Below are positions 48,465 through 57,548 of a DNA stretch of 64,000 bases, in pieces (within the stretch, counting starts at the first letter, position 1; each line of letters starts with the position of its first letter). Location: contig JALGVI010000018.1 in assembly GCA_029838215.1 (NCBI GenBank), positions 1 through 64,000 on the forward strand, in the 5' to 3' direction. A program made the position numbers and the translations under genes. This stretch comes from Candidatus Helarchaeota archaeon. GTDB taxonomy: Archaea > Asgardarchaeota > Lokiarchaeia > Helarchaeales > RDOG01. The notes beneath the pieces were generated by a model, which made no database searches, was not told where the DNA came from, and saw only the letters and a list, made by a program, of their open reading frames with translations.

Positions 48465-49496
48465 ATGGGACATCGGAAATTTGTTGGCCCCCGACACGGA
48501 AGCTTGAGTTACAGGCCACGAAAGCGCGCGCAGCATCACAATGGACGTATGCGTTGGACGTATCTAAAAAGATGGAAAGACGAAGATACGAGTGCTAAAC
48601 CGCGAATATTGGGATTTGCTGGATATAAAGCGGGCATGACACACGTTATTTACGTGGAGAATAATAAAAATAGTCCGTTTTTAGGTTTGGAAGTTGTCAA
48701 AGCAGTAACGATTGTAGACTGTCCTCCAATGATTTTATGTGGAATTAAGGGATACAAAGAAACGACTGACGGGCTACAAACTGTAACAGAAGTTTGGGCA
48801 GGAGAGTTGAATGAAGATTTAAAAAGGCTCTTTCCGTTTCCTAAAGATTATGATTTAGATAAAAAAATCAAGGAATTTGAAGAAAAATCCGATGAATGTT
48901 CTCAATTTCGAGTTCTAATGCACACTCAACCTCGATTGGCAGCGCCTTCAAAAAAGAAACCCGAACTCATGGAGATCCCTGTATGGGGTGGAAGCAAAGA
49001 AGAAAAAATCAAGTTTCTCAAGGATCAACTTGGAAAGGAAATTCGCGTGGGAGATATATATCAAGCAGGAGATCATTTGGACATTGCATCCATTACAAAG
49101 GGGAAGGGTTTCCAAGGACCTGTCAAGAGATTCGGAATAAAAATCTTAACCCGTAAAACGAGAGGTACAAAACGTGGTGTAGGATCGATTGGTCCGTGGA
49201 AGCCTGCTCGTGTCATGTATACAGTTCCTCGTGCAGGACAAATGGGTTATCATCATCGCATTGAATATAATAAACGCATTCTAAAAATCGGAAACGATCC
49301 AAAGGAAGTCATTCCTGCAGGAGGATTTCTCAAGTACGGAGTGATCAGGGGTGATTATCTGATAATGGAAGGAACAATTCCCGGTCCACGGAAGCGGCTC
49401 ATAAAAATGCGACACGGTATAAGAACAAAAAAACTGGGAGAACGTGAATTACCGGACATTCAGTTCATTTCATTACAAAGCAAACAAGGAAAATAG
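48465..49496 (+). CDS. rpl3: 50S ribosomal protein uL3
   Basis: PRHGSL..RPRKRA, GFAGYKAGMTH, TKGKGFQGPVKRFG, AGQMGYHHR. Confidence 0.98.
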   Translation: MGHRKFVGPRHGSLSYRPRKRAQHHNGRMRWTYLKRWKDEDTSAKPRILGFAGYKAGMTHVIYVENNKNSPFLGLEVVKAVTIVDCPPMILCGIKGYKETTDGLQTVTEVWAGELNEDLKRLFPFPKDYDLDKKIKEFEEKSDECSQFRVLMHTQPRLAAPSKKKPELMEIPVWGGSKEEKIKFLKDQLGKEIRVGDIYQAGDHLDIASITKGKGFQGPVKRFGIKILTRKTRGTKRGVGSIGPWKPARVMYTVPRAGQMGYHHRIEYNKRILKIGNDPKEVIPAGGFLKYGVIRGDYLIMEGTIPGPRKRLIKMRHGIRTKKLGERELPDIQFISLQSKQGK

Positions 49497-49504
49497 GAGA
49501 TAGA

Positions 49505-50290
49505 ATGATGGAGAAAAAAGCTGCTGTTTTTGATTTGACAGGCAAAAAAGTCAAAGATATTGCCCTTCCGAGCATCTTTAACACGCAATATAGACCTTGG
49601 GTTATTAGGCGGGCAGTCATTGCAAGCCAAGCAAATAGAAAACAACCACAAGGTCGAGATCCAATGGCGGGGAGGCGTACGAGTGCAGAATCGCGCGGTC
49701 CCGGACATGGCATTTCTCGCGTCCCACGTGTAAAAGGCACGGGCACGAGTCGAGCAGGAGCAGGAGCATTCATTCCTGGCTCTGTGGGTGGTCGATTAGC
49801 ATTTCCTCCAAAAGCAGAAAAGGTAATCAAGGAAAAAATAAATAAAAAGGAACGTCGTTTGGCAATTGCTTCCGCCATCGCTTCGACAGGAAACTTGGAA
49901 CTTGTAAAACTACGTGGACATAAAATGGAAGAAAATGTTAACGTCCCGATCATCGTGGAAGATGAATTGGAAAGTCTTACGAAGACCAAAGAAATTAAAG
50001 AGGTTCTTGAACAACTCGGTTTGGAACCAGATTTAGAACGTGCTGCAAGAAAAAAGGTTCGAGCGGGCAAGGGAAAGATGCGTGGACGGAAATATAAACG
50101 TAGAAGAAGCGTGCTTATTGTTACGGGAGGAAACTCGCAAGCATATGTAGCCGCTCGCAACATCCCGGGTGTTGATATTAAAGCAGTAACCAATCTTTCT
50201 GCAGAGGATTTAGCTCCAGGAACTCATGCTGGACGCTTGACCGTCTATACTGAAAGTGCCATTAAAAAACTCGAAAACTTATTTTCGTGA
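49505..50290 (+). CDS. rpl4: 50S ribosomal protein uL4
   Basis: QPQGRDPMAG.RTSAES, GGRLAFPP, RAGKGKMRGR, LAPGTHAGRLT. Confidence 0.98.
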   Translation: MMEKKAAVFDLTGKKVKDIALPSIFNTQYRPWVIRRAVIASQANRKQPQGRDPMAGRRTSAESRGPGHGISRVPRVKGTGTSRAGAGAFIPGSVGGRLAFPPKAEKVIKEKINKKERRLAIASAIASTGNLELVKLRGHKMEENVNVPIIVEDELESLTKTKEIKEVLEQLGLEPDLERAARKKVRAGKGKMRGRKYKRRRSVLIVTGGNSQAYVAARNIPGVDIKAVTNLSAEDLAPGTHAGRLTVYTESAIKKLENLFS

Positions 50291-50312
50291 GTTCATCCAC
50301 AAATCATTTCTT

Positions 50313-51539
50313 TCATTTCTCTGCCTGAGCATTCCGCTTAAGAATGTCTTTTAAAAAACTTTGACCATTTTCTAATTTAATTCCAAAATATTCTGCAATT
50401 GTTTGACCAATGTCGCCAAAGGTTTCACGAACGCCTAAGTCCACGTTTGGTCTAACGTGTTTTCCGAGAACGAAAATGGGAATGTATTCTCTGGTGTGAT
50501 CGGTTGAAGAGGTAATCGTTGGATCACAACCGTGATCTGCAGTAATGAATAAAATGTCATCGTTGTTCAATGCCGCAAGAATTTTGGGAATGTGATTATC
50601 AAACTCTTTTAAAGCCCAATAAAAGCCCTTGGGATTATTTCTATGACCATACAGCATGTCAAAATCGATTAAATTAATGATGATGAGACCATCAGGATGT
50701 TTTTCCAGTTCTGCAAGAAGATGATGGATTCCTTCAATGTTATTTTCCATTGGAATTTCTTTTGTAATGCCTCGGTGGCTAAAAATATCGGATATTTTAC
50801 CTATGGCAATGACTTCCTTTTTTCGTTTCTTCAACTTGTCCAAAAGTGTCTTTTTTGGAGGCTCCAAAGGATAATCACGCCGTCCAACCGTACGCACGAA
50901 TTGCCCATCCCTTCCAATAAACGGTCGTGCAATAACCCTGCCAATTGCATGTTTTCCCTTCAGCATTTTTCGTGCCTTTTTACACATTTCGTACAAGTCA
51001 TCTAACGGAATGACTTCTTCGTGAGCAGCAATTTGGAAAACACTATCAGCAGAAGTGTAAACAATCGGTCTTCCTGTTTCAACGTGTTTCTTTCCTAATT
51101 CTTGAATTATTTGGGTTCCAGATGCCGGAAGACCGTTCCCAAGCGTTTCCATTCCAATTGTTTTTTCGAATTTTTCCATTATTTGACGTGGAATTCCTTC
51201 GGTATAAACAGGATAAGGGTTCTTCAATAATACTCCTGTCATCTCAAAGTGTCCACCCACGGTGTCTTTCCCGGGATTTTTTGAAGCGCATTTGCCATAT
51301 GCACCAAGTGGTTTTTTAACGGGAGGAACACCAGGGATTTCATCAAGGATTCCCAAGCCCATCTTCTCAAAATTTTTAAGCTTGATGTCCCCATCCATGT
51401 ACTCTGCTACGTGTTTGATGGTATTGCTCTCAACGCCATCTCCGTCATATTTTGGTGAATCAGGGAGTGCTCCAATACCACACCCGTCAAGGATGATTAA
51501 TACGATAGTCATTAAGGAATCACTCGTCCAATCAAACAC
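50313..51539 (-). CDS. deoB: Phosphopentomutase (bacterial DeoB type)
   Basis: ILDGCGIG, GKDT..GHFE, YTSADSVFQIAAHE, NLIDFDMLYGHRNN, TADHGCDPT, DHTREY. The start may be ATG 51512. Confidence 0.95.
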   Translation of the reverse strand: MFDWTSDSLMTIVLIILDGCGIGALPDSPKYDGDGVESNTIKHVAEYMDGDIKLKNFEKMGLGILDEIPGVPPVKKPLGAYGKCASKNPGKDTVGGHFEMTGVLLKNPYPVYTEGIPRQIMEKFEKTIGMETLGNGLPASGTQIIQELGKKHVETGRPIVYTSADSVFQIAAHEEVIPLDDLYEMCKKARKMLKGKHAIGRVIARPFIGRDGQFVRTVGRRDYPLEPPKKTLLDKLKKRKKEVIAIGKISDIFSHRGITKEIPMENNIEGIHHLLAELEKHPDGLIIINLIDFDMLYGHRNNPKGFYWALKEFDNHIPKILAALNNDDILFITADHGCDPTITSSTDHTREYIPIFVLGKHVRPNVDLGVRETFGDIGQTIAEYFGIKLENGQSFLKDILKRNAQAEK

Positions 51540-51928
51540 GAATCTTGATCATTTTTCCATTTAACGTCTAAAACAAGCAAGTTATTACGTTTTTTCATGG
51601 TAGGTTGTATAAATATTTTCAGTTTGGAAATTTAAATTTTGATGATCCATTTCTCCAAGTCAAGCATGTCGAAAACGAAACAACCTACTTGAAGTACATA
51701 AAAAATTTGAACGTGATCGACTAGCGTGGACCATTATTTTCTGAATCAAAATTTGTTTTCATCATTTCTTTTCGTGAACATCAAAAAAACTACCGCGTCT
51801 ATTTGAGATCTCTTAAATTTTCTTCTTAACATTTAGTTGATTTATTTAATTCGTAACATGCAAGAATTATAAATTGATTTTGATGATTAGAATAAAGCAT
51901 ACAAAACCAATTTCAAAAGGAATTTGAA

Positions 51929-52309
51929 ATGGCGAAAAAGACAGGCAAGCAATTGATAACAAAGGGATATAAATATATTGCCGCAAGAGATACAGAAAAG
52001 GCGATTCGCACATTTGTAAAGTTAATCAAGGGATCAAGTAACCAGAAATTGAAGATGTTTGGATTTCTGGGATTAGGCGATGTCCTTAGGGTGATTCACG
52101 AAATAGAACGCGCTGAAAAAATGTATGAAAAAGCCATGATTTTGGCGGAGATTCAAGAGAACACGAAAATGATTCAGCATCTTGACGAACGAATCGAAAC
52201 CGGGTACATCTTCAAAAAAGATCCAAATTTAAATCCCGTTCAAATTGAGTTTTTCATGAGGTCAATCATTAAACTATTATCGACCTTGGGCAAGGATGAT
52301 TGGTTTTAA
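51929..52309 (+). CDS. Small TPR-like helical protein
   Basis: A...F..LI...GFLGLGDVL....E.E.A...YEKA. Confidence 0.6.
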   Translation: MAKKTGKQLITKGYKYIAARDTEKAIRTFVKLIKGSSNQKLKMFGFLGLGDVLRVIHEIERAEKMYEKAMILAEIQENTKMIQHLDERIETGYIFKKDPNLNPVQIEFFMRSIIKLLSTLGKDDWF

Positions 52310-52328
52310 AAAATAAAGGCGCATTAAA

Positions 52329-54272
52329 GTGACATTCAAGAACGTGATAATGCTTAAACCGCAAGGAGCAGCGGGATTAGGTATAATTGTTGGTGCACTC
52401 ATCCCGCATGCGTGTGAATATTTGGCAGGAGCAATTGAAAAACAAGTCGATAAAGTAGAAGTTATCGACCGCGATTATGATCATTTTTCGGATAAATGGT
52501 ATCTAAAATTTCTTAAGAAATTCAAACCCGATGTTATTGGAATTTCCATAGAAGCCACGGAACATAATGATGGTCTTCGCTTGGCCCGATTATCTAAAAA
52601 ATTCAATTCCGACATAAAAATAATCGTTGGGGGCTTTCAACCAACTGCCATTCCTGAGGAATTTTTAAGGCAAAAAAGCGTGGATATCGTCGTTCGAGGT
52701 GAAGGGGAAGAAACATTACGCGAGCTCATATCAAAAGAAAGTGCAAAAAATGTTCTTGGTTCTTCCTTTAAGGAAGATGGACAATTCATTCATAATCCCG
52801 ATCGTCCACTCATTGAAAATCTCGATGTCTTGCCTTTTCCCGCACGACATTTAAGAAGATACGATTATCATTTTTCATGGGCATTAAAAAAAGCCGCGGA
52901 TCAAGTTTCATGGAGCCGAGGTTGTTGGGGAAAGTGCACGTTTTGCAATGAGCCTCGAATGAGCCGAAGCAGAATACGTCACAGATCTCCAGAAAACATC
53001 ATTAAAGAATTGCAATCCATCACTGCACTACACGAGTATAAACCCATCCACATACTAATTTCAGACCCAAATATAATGGGGAGAACTGAAGAAGACGCAA
53101 GATGGATAGAACGTCTTTCAGATTTAATCATTGACTTTCAAAAGGACAAGCGCGTTGACATTTCATTTAATGCTATGGTACGCTGTGATGCCGTGGCACG
53201 ACATCCCGAAATAATGAAAAAGATGATTCAAGCGAATATTGCAAGATTTTGCATGGGAATTGAGTCAAATGATCCCGAAGACTTCAAAAAAACATTAAAA
53301 GGTTCGCTTAGTCATGATATCCAATATAAAGCCATACACACGATTCGACAATACGGTGGACAAGCAGGAGGAACCTTTGTCATTGGCTTACCTTGGCATA
53401 AAAAGGAAGAAATGATCAAGCTACCCTTATATGCAAAAGAACTCGAATTGATGTATTCGGCATACGGGATTGCCACGCCGTTTCCCGGGTCTGATTTCTA
53501 CGATGAAATGAAGCAAAAAGGCTTGATATACGAAAAAAATTGGAGCTATTACGACGAAATGCACGGAACGTTCAAGATTGACGGAATAAAAAAGGGGGAA
53601 ATGGAAGTCCTGAATGCCATTTGCTTGGGACGGTTCTACACGCCCGACACGCTCTTGGATCAAATGAAAATAGAGCGAATTCGAATTGGCAAGGATAAGA
53701 TCCATATTTTAGATTTCGTCAGTAGTCGAACTAATGGCATGTTTTTTATGGCTCATGGAGGATTGGGATTACGGAAGCGTGAATTCTTGCGGGACTCCAA
53801 GTATTTCTTCCAAGCACAGGCTCTTGATGGAGAGATGATACGAAAACGCACTAGCATTTCAATAAAAAAAGGCGGATTGAAAGCAAGTGAGATTCTCGAG
53901 ATGCGTAACCTGCTCAGAGCAATGGGAAATCAGAAGGTTCAGATTACAATAACAAATTTTGGACGTCCCCTAACCAGCTACATATTGAAGTCAAATAATT
54001 ATGAAATGGAATACATTGAAACGGTTCTGGGAATGTTAAAAGACTCAATAACAGCCCAATTTTTCATTGACATTAACGATTTAACCATAAACACGCTTGA
54101 GGGAATTCTCCTGTTCTTTTATCGGGTTCTCTTGAAACCGTTCTATCATTTTGAAAAAGGCATTATTTCAACGATTAAAAGATGGGCTTACCAAGGGCGC
54201 ATGATCATTGCCACGGCTCTCTTGGGGATTGAATTCCTTAAAAGAAAATGTCTTGGACCTTTTAGAAAATAA
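52329..54272 (+). CDS. Cobalamin-binding radical SAM enzyme with long C-terminal extension
   Basis: B12 domain (PDVIGIS, IIVGGFQPT, DIVVRGEGE), SRGCWGKCTFC, GIES, TPFPGS. Confidence 0.93.
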   Translation: MTFKNVIMLKPQGAAGLGIIVGALIPHACEYLAGAIEKQVDKVEVIDRDYDHFSDKWYLKFLKKFKPDVIGISIEATEHNDGLRLARLSKKFNSDIKIIVGGFQPTAIPEEFLRQKSVDIVVRGEGEETLRELISKESAKNVLGSSFKEDGQFIHNPDRPLIENLDVLPFPARHLRRYDYHFSWALKKAADQVSWSRGCWGKCTFCNEPRMSRSRIRHRSPENIIKELQSITALHEYKPIHILISDPNIMGRTEEDARWIERLSDLIIDFQKDKRVDISFNAMVRCDAVARHPEIMKKMIQANIARFCMGIESNDPEDFKKTLKGSLSHDIQYKAIHTIRQYGGQAGGTFVIGLPWHKKEEMIKLPLYAKELELMYSAYGIATPFPGSDFYDEMKQKGLIYEKNWSYYDEMHGTFKIDGIKKGEMEVLNAICLGRFYTPDTLLDQMKIERIRIGKDKIHILDFVSSRTNGMFFMAHGGLGLRKREFLRDSKYFFQAQALDGEMIRKRTSISIKKGGLKASEILEMRNLLRAMGNQKVQITITNFGRPLTSYILKSNNYEMEYIETVLGMLKDSITAQFFIDINDLTINTLEGILLFFYRVLLKPFYHFEKGIISTIKRWAYQGRMIIATALLGIEFLKRKCLGPFRK

Positions 54273-54291
54273 TTCGATTATTTTTAAAATA

Positions 54292-54996
54292 TTAAATGAA
54301 GAATAAGGTCCCGCTAAAGCAGTAAGTGACTAATGTGGTTAAGAAACCGATGATCGTTCCCGATATTAATTGAGGGATAGTGTGTCCTTTCACTTTCCAC
54401 CTAGACCATGCTACAAGCGGCAAGAATAAAAATTCTAAGGCATATAATGGAGACAACCAAAGCATCGTCAAGAAGATGGAAGTAATTGCACAAGTTGCTC
54501 CTGACATGTGCATTGATGTTCGGTATTTAAAGAGCAAGGTGACGACTGCATCAATTAAATAAACAATGATATAGGTAAAAACGTACAGCTTTAATGCAGA
54601 TAGACGGAGATGCATTGACCATTCAAATAAGACATAAAGAAAGAAAAGCCCAACAAGTCCTCCAATACCAGAAATAAATAGAAGCCCCCGATCTTCAGCT
54701 TCGATTCGATAATTTTTTATTTTTCCTTTCCGCTTGATCATCCAACCCGTGATTGAGGCAACAGAAATAAAAGCAACGAAGGGCACGATGTCCAACAAAG
54801 CAATGATTAGCCAATTTAAGACAAGTCGGTCGAAAGTCATGCAAGCAAGAATTTGAAATGCCACTGCGGAAATTATGGTGAGAATGAAGGCAAGTTTTTC
54901 CGCCCGTGTGAATTCTTCACGTGGTTTTTCCATATAAGTATAAGAAAAAATTATTTTTTTAAGGATTCTCAAAGGGGAAGAATTTATTTTGACCAT
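54292..54996 (-). CDS. PAP2-like integral membrane protein
   Basis: About six TM helices, SMHMSG, and WSRWKVKGHTIPQL. Confidence 0.65.
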   Translation of the reverse strand: MVKINSSPLRILKKIIFSYTYMEKPREEFTRAEKLAFILTIISAVAFQILACMTFDRLVLNWLIIALLDIVPFVAFISVASITGWMIKRKGKIKNYRIEAEDRGLLFISGIGGLVGLFFLYVLFEWSMHLRLSALKLYVFTYIIVYLIDAVVTLLFKYRTSMHMSGATCAITSIFLTMLWLSPLYALEFLFLPLVAWSRWKVKGHTIPQLISGTIIGFLTTLVTYCFSGTLFFI

Positions 54997-55961
54997 TGAA
55001 ATCTGGCTTGTTTTCGTTCATTTATGAACCGATCAATTGACAATGCAGCGCGACATCCTTCACCCGTGGCTAAAACGACTTGGCGGAATAGCCGACAATT
55101 CACATCTCCAATCGCATAGACTCCTTTGACAGACGTGGACATATCATCTCTATTTACCTTGATGCATCCGTTATCCGAAATTTCTACTGCTTCATACAAG
55201 AAATCCACTATGGGTTGGTTACCGTGTAAGAACATAAATGCACCCGAAACATTAAGATCACGTTTTTCTCCTGCAGAATTAACAATTTTTATTCCTTCCA
55301 TTGTGAAGTCGCCCAATGCTTCAATCATTCTACTATCAAGGCTCAATTCTACATTCGGATGTTCCTTAATGATCTTTTCTTCCTCAGGAGTTAGCGATTT
55401 TGCAGAAGTCACGAGATAGACTTTTCTCGCAAATCTCGTGACAACATCTAATTCTTCGAGTATTTCCTTTAAATTTCCAACCATCGCCACGTCTTTTTCC
55501 TTATAGAAGAAAGCATCACACGTAGCACAATAACTGATTCCTTTTCCAATTAAACTTTCTTCGCCTTTAAGAGAAGCCTTCCGACCCATGGATCCCGTAG
55601 CAATAATGACCGTTTTGCCAGAATAAGTATTGTCGGGGGTATAGACTTCTTTTATATCTTTTGAAAAATCTACTCCCATGACTTGTTCATGCACGAATTT
55701 TGCACCAAATCCTTGTGCCTGTTCTCGCATTATATTGAGCAATTCCAAGCCGGAGATGGGACCTGGAACGCCAGGATAATTCTCTATTCGGCTTGTTAGT
55801 CCCAAAGCACCTGCATTTGGATTCTTATCGATAACAATCGTTTTTAATTTAAATCTAGCCGTATATAGTGCAGCACTACAACCAGCAGGGCCTCCACCTA
55901 TGATAATCACGTCAAAAATGTTCTGGTCATCTTTGTCCTTTCTAACTTCACTACACACCAC
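54984..55961 (-). CDS. trxB: Thioredoxin-disulfide reductase
   Basis: IIGGGPAG, IENYPG, GISYCATCD, YAIGDV. Confidence 0.93.
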   Translation of the reverse strand: MVCSEVRKDKDDQNIFDVIIIGGGPAGCSAALYTARFKLKTIVIDKNPNAGALGLTSRIENYPGVPGPISGLELLNIMREQAQGFGAKFVHEQVMGVDFSKDIKEVYTPDNTYSGKTVIIATGSMGRKASLKGEESLIGKGISYCATCDAFFYKEKDVAMVGNLKEILEELDVVTRFARKVYLVTSAKSLTPEEEKIIKEHPNVELSLDSRMIEALGDFTMEGIKIVNSAGEKRDLNVSGAFMFLHGNQPIVDFLYEAVEISDNGCIKVNRDDMSTSVKGVYAIGDVNCRLFRQVVLATGEGCRAALSIDRFINERKQARFQWSK

Positions 55962-56147
55962 GAATCACCATTTAGTCGCCATTCGCAATTTGTTCAAAAT
56001 CTTTATTTAAAAATATTTAACCAATCAAAATTATATTAGAAATGAGTTTAAATAACATTGAAAAATCATTTAGAAAATTGCTCGATTAATAAAATATGGA
56101 AAATCGTTATGAGTGATTAGCATTCACAAATTCTGGCGAGGAGTCCA

Positions 56148-56894
56148 ATGGAGAAAAAAATAAATCCTGAAGACACGACTGATCTGTTCAAAATGATTGA
56201 AATCGTTGATAAAAAAAAGCCACAACCACTTGAAGAAATTGTATTGAAATTAAGAAAGGAAAATAAGGAATTAACGACGGAACTTCAAGAAAAAGCTAAA
56301 AGGCTAAAGGAATACAAGGCAGAACTGAAGGAATTGGAAAAAACAAATAAGAAGCAGTTAGAAACAATATACGATTTAATACGATTTGTTGATGAGCTCA
56401 AAAAGGAACGAGAAACGTTACTTGGAGAACAGTGCAAGGAAGAGATAAAGGAGGAACAAAAAAAGAGCGTTATTAGTCAAAAGATTGAAAGAAGTGATGA
56501 TCCCGAGGCTGTAATGAGGTTGCTTGATAAAATAGATGAACAATCTCGAGAGATTCCTTCTGTAGAAAACATATCAGGAAAACTGGGTAATCAAATTTTC
56601 GAACTCAAGAAAAAATTGAAGAAGGTTGAAACTGAAAAAGAAAAAACTGAACAGGCTTTAAATGAATACATCAAGAAATTACAAGAAGATATCGAAAAAT
56701 TAGAGGTCGATAGAACGAAGTTAGTCGATAACTTCAACGATCAAATTAAAACGATGCAGCAAGAAGTCAAGGAGTTAGAAGAAACTAGAACCAAACACGA
56801 AAATTATTTGAAAACATACGAAGAACAACTCAAAAATAACGAAATTGAGATAAAAGACTTGAAAAAGCAATTGAAAGAAGCCACGAAAAAATGA
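56148..56894 (+). CDS. Long coiled-coil protein
   Basis: 248 aa, E/K/L-rich, with continuous heptads. Confidence 0.8.
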   Translation: MEKKINPEDTTDLFKMIEIVDKKKPQPLEEIVLKLRKENKELTTELQEKAKRLKEYKAELKELEKTNKKQLETIYDLIRFVDELKKERETLLGEQCKEEIKEEQKKSVISQKIERSDDPEAVMRLLDKIDEQSREIPSVENISGKLGNQIFELKKKLKKVETEKEKTEQALNEYIKKLQEDIEKLEVDRTKLVDNFNDQIKTMQQEVKELEETRTKHENYLKTYEEQLKNNEIEIKDLKKQLKEATKK

Positions 56895-56945
56895 GCCGTT
56901 TATTACGGATTTAATCATTTTTATATAAATAAAACTTGGTGAGAG

Positions 56946-57473
56946 ATGTTGAGCGAAACAGAACCTGATGTTGTCTTAAAATTATCACTGGTTGGAGATT
57001 TTGCGGTCGGAAAGACCAGTTTCATAAATAGAGTTTTGGATGATACTTTCGTTAGCAATTACAACCCAACAATCGGTGCCACGATATCCGATCGCATGAT
57101 TAGATTTAAGGATAAATTAATCAAGTTACTATTATGGGATAGCACGGGGCAAGTTGCCTTTCGCACGCTCACGAAGAATTTTCTTAAAGATACTGACTTA
57201 GCCATTTTATTATATGACGTCACGAGAAGGGATACGTTTGAAAGTTCTCAATACTGGCACGATGCCATTACAGACGAAATACAAGCGAAAATTCCCTGTA
57301 TTTTAGTTGGGAACAAAATTGACTTGGAGAATGAGAGAAAAGTCAGTTCCGAAGAGGGAAAGGCACTTGCAGAAAAATTAGACATTCCTTGGATGGAAAT
57401 TTCGGTAAAAGATAATATAAATCTAATTAAGACTTTGATCGTTCTTTTCTCGGAATATGAAAAGATGCAATAA
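56946..57473 (+). CDS. Rab-like small GTPase
   Basis: GDFAVGKT, PTIG, WDSTGQ, LLYDVT, GNKID, EISVK. No C-terminal Cys tail. Confidence 0.92.
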   Translation: MLSETEPDVVLKLSLVGDFAVGKTSFINRVLDDTFVSNYNPTIGATISDRMIRFKDKLIKLLLWDSTGQVAFRTLTKNFLKDTDLAILLYDVTRRDTFESSQYWHDAITDEIQAKIPCILVGNKIDLENERKVSSEEGKALAEKLDIPWMEISVKDNINLIKTLIVLFSEYEKMQ

Positions 57474-57548
57474 ATTCTTTTCAATCATTAATGGGATGTA
57501 AAGATCTTTTTAGAAAAATAAGATAAGAATTAAAGAAAAAAATTGAAA

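Noticed and set aside
51638-51695. TGATGA...TTGA segment resembling a C/D sRNA
   Set aside because: The D, D' and C' boxes are all degenerate, and no convincing rRNA complement was found.
52329-54272. The B12 radical SAM enzyme as an MCR post-translational methyltransferase
   Set aside because: It is on the opposite strand, separated from the operon by four genes, and I see no diagnostic feature. Proximity alone is insufficient.
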